Shown here: piece by piece, positions 1 to 10,946 of the stretch
How the letters are laid out: each line of letters opens with the position of its first letter
Position numbering within the stretch: the first letter of the stretch is position 1
From: Macrostomum lignano
Lineage: Eukaryota
Reading direction: 5' to 3'
Length of the DNA: 64,000 nucleotides
NCBI GenBank assembly: GCA_002269645.1
Contig: NIVC01002742.1
Span: 63,517 to 127,516 of the forward strand
The notes under the pieces: model-generated
What the model saw: only the letters and a program-made list of their open reading frames with translations
Told to the model about the DNA's origin: nothing
Databases searched by the model: none
Made by a program: the position numbers and the translations under genes

Positions 1-150
1 CTAGCCATTCAAACAATTTTTGGCTAATAGAAGCTCACCACACCAATGCGTTTCCTCTAGTTACTTTTAGTAGTACAGCACGTTTTTGTTAATACATTTT
101 TCCTATTTGTTAATCTTCATTTCTTGTATTAAATTTTTGCATTTTATTGC

Positions 151-447
151 ATGCCATACAGCCCCTATCCTCCCTCTACAGTTGCTGCTATTCTGAATTA
201 TCTGAATTATCGCTTGCCAATGCAACCCGCAGATCACTCTCGCAGCGTGTCGGACCCGGTTCCATCTGGTCCCACGATTCAACAACTGCCGCCGCAGCCG
301 CCTCCGAGGAATGCTTCAGTGTCGGTAAAGCCGCCAGATCGTCCGCCTAGGCTGGCGGCCTCTAGACCACCCGCCGTGCCGCCCCGACAGAACCCAGGCG
401 GCCGGGTGATCGGCTCTCTGGGTCAGCAGCAGCCGCCGCATGGTTGA
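151..447 (+). CDS. Probable terminal coding exon of a gene starting upstream; Pro-rich C-terminal tail
   Basis: GC-rich ORF (QQLPPQPPPR...RPPAVPPRQ) in AT-rich DNA; candidate acceptor CCCTCTACAG at ~181; stop at 445-447. No recognisable domain. Confidence 0.5.
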   Translation: MPYSPYPPSTVAAILNYLNYRLPMQPADHSRSVSDPVPSGPTIQQLPPQPPPRNASVSVKPPDRPPRLAASRPPAVPPRQNPGGRVIGSLGQQQPPHG

Positions 448-484
448 ATACTTTAACAAAGGCTAGGCCTGATGCTAAAAATTA

Positions 485-680
485 AATCAGTGTACATTTG
501 GTCTAGATAAGTGGGGTTAGAGTTTTGATTCTATAAATAGAATCAGTGCACTTTGTGTCTAGATAAGTGAGGCTAGAGTTTTGCTTCTATAAATAGAATC
601 AGTGCACTTTGTGTCTAGATAAGTGGGGCTAGAGTTTTGCTTCTATAAATAGAATTGGTGTACATTTGGGACTAGGTCTA
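485..680. repeat. 56-bp tandem repeat, ~3 copies
   Basis: AATCAGTGCACTTTGTGTCTAGATAAGTGGGGCTAGAGTTTTGCTTCTATAAATAG starts at 541 and 597, with a diverged copy at ~485. Confidence 0.9.
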
Positions 681-903
681 GTAGGGGCGAGTTTAATTCT
701 GAGTTACTGTACAAAAACAAAATTATGCTGTTGGCCCGAGAAATTCGGTAAAATATTTTCCTTGTCAAAGTGCATCTCCACTATTGCACTTCGAACAAAT
801 TTTGCTTAGTATGGCGTACGAGCTACGTTTAAAATGGATTTCAATTTAAGACCGCATGGCTTATTATTTTGATTTTCTGTTTCGAGCTGGCAGTGCCCAG
901 TCC

Positions 904-2452
904 CAGTGTTGGGCACTTCCGTTACCGAGTAACTTGCAAATGGTAACGCAAGTTACTTTTTCGTAAAGCGTTCCTTACGCAAGTTACTTTTTTATTTTAG
1001 TAACGGAGTAACGGTAAGTTACTCAAATTTCGGAAGTCCGTTACAGTTACTTTTCAACAATCGCCATATTTAAATTTAAAACTGAAATTCTTAGCTAGTA
1101 CGCCGGTTGTCACATGTTTTTGCATTTTTCATTCCTAAATTCAAAATTAAGTAATAGTATCATATGGTATTGCGCTTAATTATTGAAGAAATACTTGAAA
1201 CATGTTTTACTTTGTTAATTTCCGTAAAATATTTTCGCCTTTCATTTTCGATCGTTACTAAAAATTTTCTAGGTTTGATTCAAACAAAAAACCAAAGAAA
1301 GAAATTCATCTGTAGCCTCCACAAGTCCCTCCACTGGCACTGCAGTACCAAGGACGACTTAAGTAGAAGGACGGGAAACCTCGTTTCTTAGAAAAGTTTT
1401 GAAGGCACTTTTTCCCGAAAAAATACACTACGGAGATAGGAAGTTTTCATTTTTTCAGCACAAAAATTGTTATTGCGTTTGATAGGAGGCAGATCCAGTG
1501 TTCATCTTTTGATATGTTGTACCTTTTTTATTGCTCTATCGATATTTATAAAGCTTTTCGTTCAGAAAATTAGGATTCTATGTTAATTTTTTATTCTACG
1601 TATATTTTCGCGTGTCTTGTGCTTGAAATACATTAGAATGCCACGGCTCGGCTCTTTAGCTTCATGAGTCTTTTTTATAATTCTTACCCGACTGTGTAGC
1701 AAATATTTGTAACAGAGATGATAAAATAGGTTCATAAAACCAAATATTGGAGCTGTGTCATGCATTTTTGTGATTTTTAGATACAGGAAATATACGTAGA
1801 ATAAAAAATTAACATAGAATCCTAATTTTCTGAACGAAAAGCTTTAAAAATATCGATAGAGCAATAAAAAAGGCACAACATATCAAAAGATGAACACTGG
1901 ATCTGCCTCCTATCAAACGCAATAACAATTTTTGTGCTGAAAAAATGAAAACTTCCTATCTCCGTAGTGTATTTTTTCGGGAAAAAGTGCCTTCAGAACT
2001 TTTCTAGGAAACGAGGTTTCCCGTCCTTCTACTTAAGTCGTCCTTGTGCAGTACACTAGACCATTTTATACAGTTCTATTTATTTTACTCTATTGAATTT
2101 TTGATATTCGTTTATTTTATCATTTATAATTTTAATTATTGATTGCCATTGCCCATTGGTCCTTCTACTTGCCTCACATCGTGTCGCCAATTCCTGTCTC
2201 TGTCTGTTAATCGGTTAATCCCAATGCCCAATGGCAAATTTCGGTAACAACAATGTGAAAAAATGTGCAATGTGAAAAAAGCAGAAAATTTTGTTAATAA
2301 CATGGGTAACGGAAGTGAGTAACGGACAGTAACTTAAAAGTTACCAGGTTTTTGTCTAAAGTTACTAGGCTAACGTAAGTTACTTTTTAAAAATTGGTAA
2401 CTTAAGTTACAGTAACGCAAGTTACTTTTTTTGAGTAACTTGCCCAACACTG
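904..2452. mobile_element. Non-autonomous hAT-type DNA transposon
   Basis: 12-bp TIRs CAGTGTTGGGCA (904) and TGCCCAACACTG (2441-2452); perfect 8-bp TSD CCCAGTCC (896-903, 2453-2460); many subterminal GTAAC/GTTAC motifs; no ORF. Confidence 0.9.
1349..2046. mobile_element. Foldback element with long TIRs nested in the hAT MITE (P-superfamily-like termini)
   Basis: Near-perfect ~258-bp inverted arms (1349-~1606, ~1787-2046) starting CAAGGACGACTTAAG; 8-bp TSD TGCAGTAC (1341-1348, 2047-2054). Confidence 0.9.
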
Positions 2453-2689
2453 CCCAGTCCCTGTCTGAAGAATTCTTGCCACTAACCAACACCAATTATA
2501 AAATGTCTAAATTTTAACGCGCGCTGACCAGGCGTGGGTCTTATTTTAATTTTGGCTATCTAGTTCAGACTGATCACTGCTTGTGAATGTTTAATCACTG
2601 TCATTGTGAATACAGACATTACCATAACAGAACACTGTTGTGAACATTGTAAATCAATCTATTTTGTGTCTCTGTCTTTCACTCTCGCA

Positions 2690-3480
2690 ACTTGCGTCTC
2701 TCCTTCCCTCTATTTCCTCTCCTTTCCAATATCCCCTTCCTTCTCTCTCCACTCTCCCTTCTCTCCTCTCCCTTCTCCCCTCTCCCTTCTCCCCTCTCCT
2801 CCCCTCTCCTCCCCTCTCCTCTCTCTTCTCCCCTTTCTCTTCTCCCCTCTCCCTTCTCCCCACTCCCTTCTCTCCCTTCTCCCCTCTCCCTTCTCCCCTC
2901 TCCTCCCCTCTCCTCCCCTCTCCTCTCTCTTCTCTTTCTCTTCTCCCCTCTCCCTTCTCCCCTCTCCCTTCTCTTCCTTATCCCCTCTCCCTTCTCTTCC
3001 TTATCCCCTCTCCCTTCTCCCTCTCCCTTCTCTTCCTTATCCCCTCTCCCTTCTCCCCTCTCCCTCCTCTCCTCTTCCTTTCTCCCCTCTCCTCCCCTCC
3101 CCTCTCTTCTCTTCTCTCTTCTCCCCTCTCCCTTTCTCCTCTCCCTTCTCTCCCCTCTCCTCCTCTCCCTTCTCTCTTCTCCCCTCTCCCTTTCTCCTCT
3201 CCCTTCTCTCCCCTCTCCTCCTCTCCCTTCTCTCTTCTCCCCTCTCCCTTTCTCCTCTCCATTCTCTCCCCTCTCCTCCTCTCCCTTCTCTCTTCTCCCC
3301 TCTCTCTCCCTTCTTCCCTCCCTCTTCTCCCCTGTCCCTTCTTCCGTCTCCCTTCTACCCTCTCTTTCTTCCCTCTCCCCTCTTCCCTCTCTCTTCTCCC
3401 CTCCCTCCCTTCGCTCTCCTCTCCCCTCTCTTTTCTCCCTTCTCTTTCTATCTCCTCTTTCCTCCCCTGTCTTATCTTTC
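2690..3480. repeat. CT-rich polypyrimidine low-complexity tract
   Basis: Almost only C and T (CTCCCCTCTCCCTT-like units). Confidence 0.95.
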
Positions 3481-4179
3481 CTATGTACTATATGTCTATA
3501 TTCAGTATTCCTTAACATACAATCGCATATCCCTATATAAATGCGTATAATTGTCAAATGCTTATATTTATATATTTATCTGGCTATGCAATTTACATAT
3601 ATAGTTGTAGGTCTACTTTGTCGAGCGCCCATTGCATTGTATTGCTGATATAATGAAAGATTTAATGCTTAATGTATACTGTAAATTGACTGATGTGTAT
3701 AAATATAGCTTATACAGTTTAGTCATGTTTATTTTTTAGCAAAAAATCTTAACAATCACGTATAATGCTTGCTTTAGTATCTGTGCTAGTTTGTTATTGT
3801 TAAATCCATTTCATATTATCTTTGTTTGGCTCCTTGTTTACCCTGTCTGGCGTGTCTGTGTTGCAACCTCTGTGCGAGCCAGTGTTATACAATATTGAAT
3901 CGATAGGTAGGCAGCGGATAGTAGGTAGCGGATGCCTTGGTCCTTGGCTTCGCTGTGTGAATATTATATTTATTGCTATCTTGATCGTCAGTAAAGCTTG
4001 CGAGTCTGCCAGCTTGGTGTGCCATTCACCATCAGTTCCGGTCTGCTTGTCACAATATACCTGTGTGTTTGTGTCCGAAGCATTTAGTCGGGCCTTGACA
4101 TTCTGGTGGTCATTTGGCTAAGCTGCTTTTTTGTTGCAACTTTTGTCTGACTTTGCTGCTATAAAATCAAATAGAAATA

Positions 4180-4251
4180 CAGACAGACTGTACAAACAGA
4201 CAGACCGACAGACAGACAGACAGACAGACAGACTGTACAAACAGACAGACC

Positions 4252-4295
<44 letters not shown>

Positions 4296-4298
4296 CTA

Positions 4299-4339
<41 letters not shown>

Positions 4340-4735
4340 CACAGAGACAGACAGACACATAGACAGACAGACAGACAGACAGACAGGCAGACCGACAGAC
4401 AGAAAGACAGACGGACGGACAGACAGACAGACAGAAAGACACAGACATACAGAAAGACAGACGGACGGACGGACAGACAGACAGACACACAGAGACAGAG
4501 AGACAGACACACAGAGACAGACAGACAGACACTAAGACAGACAGACAGACACTAAGACAGACAGACAGACGTACAGAAAGACAGACGGACGGACGGACAG
4601 ACAGACAGACATACAGAAAGACAGACGGATGGACGGACGGACAGACAGACAGACACACAGACAGACAGACAGACAGACACATAGACAGACTGACAGTCAG
4701 ACAGACAGACAGACATACAGAAAGACAGACGGACG

Positions 4736-4766
<31 letters not shown>

Positions 4767-4888
4767 TGACAGTCAGACAGACAGACAGACATACAGAAAG
4801 ACAGACGGACGGACGGACAGACAGACAGACACACAGACAGACAGACAGACACAGAGACAGACACACAGACAGGCAGACAGACAGACAC

Positions 4889-4931
<43 letters not shown>

Positions 4932-4934
4932 CTA

Positions 4935-4971
<37 letters not shown>

Positions 4972-5615
4972 CACAGAGACAGACAGACACATAGACAGAC
5001 AGACAGACAGACAGACAGGCAGACCGACAGACAGAAAGACAGACGGACGGACAGACAGACAGACAGAAAGACACAGACATACAGAAAGACAGACGGACGG
5101 ACGGACAGACAGACAGACACACAGAGACAGAGAGACAGACACACAGAGACAGACAGACAGACACTAAGACAGACAGACAGACACTAAGACAGACAGACAG
5201 ACGTACAGAAAGACAGACGGACGGACGGACAGACAGACAGACCGACAGACATACAGAAAGACAGACGGATGGACGGACGGACAGACAGACAGACACACAG
5301 ACAGACAGACACATAGACAGACTGACAGTCAGACAGACAGACAGACATACAGAAAGACAGACGGACGGACGGACAGACAGACAGACACACAGACAGACAG
5401 ACAGACACAGAGACAGACACACAGACAGGCAGACAGACAGACACACAGAGACAGACAGACAGACACACAGACAGGCAGACAGACAGGCAGACAGACAGAC
5501 AGACACACAGACAGGCAGACAGACACAGACAGGCAGACAGACACACAGACAGGCAGACAGACACACAGACAGGCAGACAGGCACACAGACAGGCAGACAG
5601 ACAGACAGACAGACA
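4180..5615. repeat. (GACA)n microsatellite with an internal block duplication
   Basis: GACA array; variant block at ~4300-4570 recurs at ~4930-5210. Confidence 0.95.
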
Positions 5616-6323
5616 AGAATTGAGCCAAAGTTTTAAGCCCACAGGCTGAAGTTCAGCAGGCAGGCTGACTTATAGTTACACTGCGTACTGCTGCCACCTC
5701 TAGACTCCTGCTCATAGGCGGGGTGAGCACAGCACTGTCAATAAAAACATTGATTGACGTCTTTGAAACTGCATTATTTATTAGTCATATATCAAGAAAT
5801 ACAGAGAGAGAGATGTGGCCTTGGAACTTAAACAATTTTCTGTCAAAGTAATTTAATGCCATGTAAACAGTTTTATCCTTTGAATCACATCGCTCATTTA
5901 GGCAATGCAGACAAATCAATGGGTCACTGACAAATTGGTATTGCAGCCACAGTCTCAATCGCTACCCGTACGTGGCGCAAAACGCAACGAAAAGTTTGCA
6001 TTGAGCACTAAATGAACTGTTAAATTATTCATAACACTGAGATGAGCAGAGTTAGTGGGAGTTTGCTTCATGTTTACTTCATGTTTACTTCAGGTTTACT
6101 TCATGTTTACTTCAGGTTTACTTCAGGTTTACTTTGAGTGGGTTTTTATCACCCACATCAGCCGGCTGACTCATTGGCTACTGCAGGTGAGCTGCCGGGC
6201 TCGAGTCCGGACCCACGAGCCGAGCAGCAGCCACGCGATGCCGGCGCTGAAAAAGAGCAGCGCCGCTCCCAATGCCGCCACCGTCGCAGAGTCGGCAGCT
6301 GCCTCTGAAATTCGGGTTGCAGG

Positions 6324-6627
6324 GCTGCTGCAGTCTGTGCTGTTGCATCGGTGGCATCCAGCAGCTGCTGCAGTCTGTGCTGTTGCATCGGTGGCATCCA
6401 GCAGCTGCTGCAGTCTGTGCTGTTGCATCGGTGGCATCCAGCAGCTGCTGCAGTCTGTGCTGTTGCATCGGTGGCATCCAGCAGCTGCTGCAGTCTGTGC
6501 TGTTGCATCGGTGGCATCCAGCAGCTGCTGCAGTCTGTGCTGTTGCATCGGTGGCATCCAGCAGCTGCTGCAGTCTGTGCTGTTGCATCGGTGGCATCCA
6601 GCAGCTGCTGCAGTCTGTGCTGTTGCA
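6324..6627. repeat. 40-bp minisatellite, ~7.5 copies
   Basis: Unit GCAGCTGCTGCAGTCTGTGCTGTTGCATCGGTGGCATCCA. Confidence 0.95.
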
Positions 6628-7702
6628 AAAGCAACAGCAGGAACAGCAAAAGCAACTCCCTGAACTCACCGGAATGAGCAGCTCTGCCTCCAGCCTCCGT
6701 CTGCTGCTCGGCGGCCTCGCACGCGCACGCAGAGAGAAAAGTGAGCAGCAAAGCCGGACCTCAGGCCGGTGTACACCACACTCAGTCCGCTGTCCCTGCG
6801 CGGCTGCGTGCCGACAGTGATGAGGCTCAAGCTGAAGCTGGCGTTGCCGCAGATCTCCTTCCGTATGTGCACGATGGCCTCCGCCACAGAGTCCCACTGG
6901 GAGACGCTCACCCAGGCCAGGTTGAGGCCGCAGGCTGTGCGGAAGTGCCGCATCGTCACTCCAGCCTCCAGCACGCGCGTTCAAGGCTCGCCCCGGCTGG
7001 CCGATCTTTTCCCACTCCGGTTCCAAGGAGGCCACGCGCGACGCGAACGACGGAGGCGGCGTCCACTCTGAATGCGCAGTCCGTCTGGCTGTTTCCACGC
7101 CCGACGCTGAGCGAGCTGCCAATCTGATCCGGACCGATCGCCCGCCACGAGCTCGAGTCCGCTCGAAATGCATTAATGGTCAGGTGACTGATTGAGAAAG
7201 TTAAACTCACCTTGCCGCACCACGATCTGAGCAGTGGCCAGCCGTCTGAGCGACGAGCCAGCGACGCTCGTCTGGTTGAGCAGCTCTCCGTGCAAGGTGA
7301 GTAGCGATGAGATCGATTGTGACTGAGCTGCCTGAGGGCACTCGGACTTTGCTGCCAGCTGCTAGAATACCTGGCATGTCGCCATCGCACAGAGAAGTCA
7401 CTTGCTTCTCGTCCGATCCGTTTCCTGCAGACACGATGATACTCAGGTGAGGCTGCACAAATGACGCATTGCTCATGTATGAGCACAGCTGTTCCACAGA
7501 CTGTCCAGTGAGTGGCAGCAGCGCCTGCACAATGAGGTCTTTGCCAGCAGGCGGCGACGCCGTGAGCTGGCAGTAGAACACCTGGCTTGTCGAATCAGTC
7601 ACGAGTGGCAGACTGGAGATCCACGACCTGCCGTTTGCACCCGGCTTGTAGGTGGGACACAGAAACAACCCGTCTGCAATTGTGAGTAGTAGGCTCACGA
7701 TG

Positions 7703-8152
7703 AGGTCTCAGGTTTTCAAGTGCATGCGCCCTTGTCGGTTGGCAGGGCGCGTTGCACTTTGGGGCTGGCTAGGGGGGTTGGCGGGCAGGGTCTGGCCGGC
7801 GGCAGGGCTTTGCGCGTGCCCCTCCCCAGCCTTGCCCCCTGCCCCGTGCTCAGGGCTGGTTGGCTGCGGCCGGGCCGGCTTTGGCGCGGGTGCGGGGTTT
7901 TGATTGGCTGGCCGGCGCGGCCAGTCTCTATTTGTCGAATAGACAATAGTACATTAATACCCATGCTTTGCGGGCGTTAATGGAAATCAGAGGGCGGTTT
8001 TTTGTGTTTTTGAGCGCTCCGAGATTGCAAGCGAGACTTGACTCAAGTAAGAAACAGCGATATTAGCTACCTAGATCAAAGAAACACAAGAGCCCTATTG
8101 AGAAATCAGTCTTTGAGAATTGAGAAAAATTCAGAAGCTGCGCTTGAGACCT
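7703..8152. mobile_element. 450-bp insertion with 8-bp TIRs and no TSD
   Basis: AGGTCTCA (7703-7710) ... TGAGACCT (8145-8152); exact removal fuses ORFs 8131-8463 and 7207-7698 in frame (TTG CTC GTC ATC GTG AGC = LLVIVS). Confidence 0.7.
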
Positions 8153-9635
8153 ACGAGCAAAATCAATAAACGTGCGAACAGTAATTTAGCCACTGGTAAG
8201 TCGCCTGCTTGAGTGCACTCTTTTCTGGGGAGCTTGTATATATATAACCCGCTGTATAAGCACTCGAGAGTGTCACCACACCTCGAGCCGCAGCGAGCGT
8301 CACCGACCCGGGTTACGACAGGTGTACAAGGTAGAGCATTTGGAACACGTGTACTCGATGGTCTCACCTTGGATCCAGCTGAGCTGCTCCAGTGTGGCAG
8401 TGAAGCCCCAGTCCACTCGGCCACCACTGCTACTGGCTCATTGTGTCTGGTCCATTCCAGCACCGCACTGAGGTCACCGAGTCATCCGCCATCAACACCA
8501 GTCTACCGGTGCTGTTCGTGCGGTTGACCGACACCTGAAGCTTGGTGCCGCGGAATGACTGGAATGCGTAGAGACAGCACGCTGTGTCAACAAGTATGTG
8601 AGCTGTGTTAACATGAAGTGCTCTGGCCACCACAGTTCAGTCTTACATTACTGGCCGCCTTTAGCAGCACTGAGGCGACTCTTGTGTGGCAGTCCGAGTC
8701 CGCGTGCAGCACCGTCTGCTTGACGTGAACGAGTCGCTGTCCTGTCGGGGTCTTCGTCACCGGCGGCTGGCTTCGGGACTGCAGCTTGAGTTTTGAGCAG
8801 ACTGAAGCAGCGAAGTTAATTGAGGTGCTGGAGTGCTACTTGAGGTGCAGCTGATGCTCTGAGAGGAGAACCGGACTTACCGTTGTCCACTCCGCTCTGC
8901 ACAATCGGAATTTGATCGACGCGAAAATAAGTTTCTGTTGAATAAAACCTGTCTTTGTGAGGTGTACTGAAATGAATATTTATTTCTCCAGCGCTGACGA
9001 AAGATTCTTGTCTCTCTGTGTGGCCGGAGCTGGAGCAGTGCTCAAATTTTGGCTGATGAGTTTGCTCTGGGATCTGTGTTAAATTGATGCTGTGCAGTTG
9101 TCCAAGAACCCGCCGAACTGAACTGAGGCCGCAAGAGCGATGCACGGAAACCAGCCAAAAATCATTGCACATCCTCCTCCTTTCTGATCTGCTTGAGTTG
9201 TAGGGCTCGAAGTGTTCCTCGCAATCGTCAAGAAGTTGCTCTTGATAACGCCGCACGAGTTTACGAGTACCATCCAAGCGACTGAAGCTGCAAGTGAGCA
9301 TGATTAGGATTTCACCTGATCCTGTAGCATAAGGACAAGGACCTCTGGTGAGTTGGACTGGACCAGCGCCTACCCAGTTCGTCTACCTTGAACGCGGTGC
9401 TGGGTGCCCTACCTGACCGCGAAGACCTGCCGGCCTTTATGTCGATGCGATGTCGGGGCGTGCGCTGAGAAATTAGTGCTGAGATGCTGCGGATTGATTG
9501 CTCTGCCGAGTCACGAGTGCCGAGTCAGTGATTGTCACTGCCGACTTATGACTGCACTTCATAGATACAAAACTGTAAAATATTAACCTGATGCAGCTTA
9601 ACAAACCAGTTGTGCTTGTCTAGTGGTGTGAGATT

Positions 9636-10050
9636 TGGGGAATGTGGGAATGTGAGGAATGTGAGGAATGTGAGGAATGTAAGGAATGTGGGGAATCTAA
9701 GGAATGTGAGGAATGTGAGGAATGTGGAGAATGTAAGGAATGTGGAGAATGTAAGGAATGTGGAGAATGTAAGGAATGTGGAGAATGTAAGGAATGTGGA
9801 AAATGTAAGGAATGTGGAGAATGTAAGGAATGTGGAAAATGTAAGGAATGTGGGGAATGTAAGGAATGTGGGGAATGTAAGGAATGTGGAAAATGTAAGG
9901 AATGTGGGAATGTAAGGAATGAGAATGTATGTAAGGAATGTGGGAATGCCAAGGAATGTGGGGAATGTAAGGAATGTGGAGAATGGGAGAATGTAAGGAA
10001 TGTAAAGAATTGTGGAGAATCTAAGGAATTTGAGGAATGTGAGGAATGCC
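9636..10050. repeat. GGAATGT-based minisatellite (9/18-bp units)
   Basis: GGAATGTGGAGAATGTAA-type units. Confidence 0.9.
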
Positions 10051-10192
10051 ACAGTGTGGTTGTTACTAAGTGGGGTTTCTCATCTCAAATATTCATTGAA
10101 TAACATTTTCCACTTACATGCTGCAGACAAAATGTCTGCTCGGGTTTCATGAGCATGATGAAATGTCATGATGTATTGAATTGTAGTCTACA

Positions 10193-10505
10193 GGGGCTGC
10201 AGCCTAGTGGTTAGAGCATCGGACTCACGACCGGAAGGTCGGGGGTTCGATTCCCGATCCCACTCGGAACAATTTGTGTCCTTGAGCAAGACACTTAACT
10301 CTGTATTGCTTCGGTTAACCCAGTTGTAAAATGGGTTACCAGCATTAGCTGGGGTAACTGAGGGTGGCGACCCCCAGTCCTTGGACTGAACAGCCGTACG
10401 CAGCCTTCAGATGCGCCGCGCAATAGCTGCGGCTGAGCTGTCGGTTGCACATCTGCCCATTGGGGCAGGTGTAATCAGTTATTATATTATGATTATTTTA
10501 TTATT
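10193..10505 (+). mobile_element. tRNA-derived SINE, family A (CORE/Meta-like central domain)
   Basis: tRNA-like head with A box (GCCTAGTGGTTAG) and B box (GGTTCGATTCCC), then GTGTCCTTGAGCAAGACACTTAAC...GTAAAATGGG, then a (TTA)n-like tail. Confidence 0.75.
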
Positions 10506-10696
10506 ATTACTCTTAATATTAAATTGGAAAGTGTGTAGCAGTATACAGATTTTGTTCACAAGACGGTTAATTTGCTTTGTCCTCGTACAGAGCCGTAAAT
10601 ATCACACTTCTCTGATGGCACTGTTTCACGTAAAAACTCTTGAAAAACAGACATTGCTTCATACTGCTTCCATAGTTGCTTCATTATGAGGCAGAC

Positions 10697-10698
<2 letters not shown>

Positions 10699-10767
<69 letters not shown>

Positions 10768-10768
10768 C

Positions 10769-10860
<92 letters not shown>
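10699..10860. repeat. (GACA)n microsatellite
   Basis: Near-pure GACA array. Confidence 0.95.
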
Positions 10861-10861
<1 letters not shown>

Positions 10862-10946
10862 ATCCTCATCAGAGCTACAGAATCCTCATCGGTCTCCCTT
10901 CATCAGCCAAGCACCGCTCGCGCCCTCGCCGCCCTCGCTACCGCCG

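Larger units (their letters stand above)
6270..9165 (-). pseudogene. Decayed glycoprotein/env-like ORF (~800 codons, several stops and frameshifts, split by an insertion)
   Basis: Joined frames give a signal-peptide-like start MIFGWFPCIALAASVQ (ATG 9165), a Cys-containing region, an internal hydrophobic segment LLFARLLILLVIVSLLLTIADG (after removing 7703-8152), a second Cys-containing region and a TM-like stretch near 6720-6790. Family not identified. Confidence 0.4.

Noticed and set aside
3822-4121. ~100-codon open minus frame (PNDHQNVKARL...)
   Set aside because: No recognisable homology or convincing splice partner; may be a TE relic.
2606-5642. Long ORFs over the CT-rich and GACA tracts (SPL-, LSVC- and RQTD-rich)
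   Set aside because: Artefacts of stop-free simple repeats; no domain or splice context.
5640-6150. LTR or polypurine tract for the env-like ORF
   Set aside because: No minus-strand PPT, no TG...CA pair and no second LTR copy visible.
7707-8154. The 450-bp insert as a GT-AG intron (GTAGGT donor on the minus strand)
   Set aside because: The 448-nt removal is out of frame, gives an immediate stop and has no pyrimidine tract.
10193-10265. A genuine tRNA gene
   Set aside because: The anticodon and acceptor stems do not pair, and the sequence continues into a SINE body and tail.
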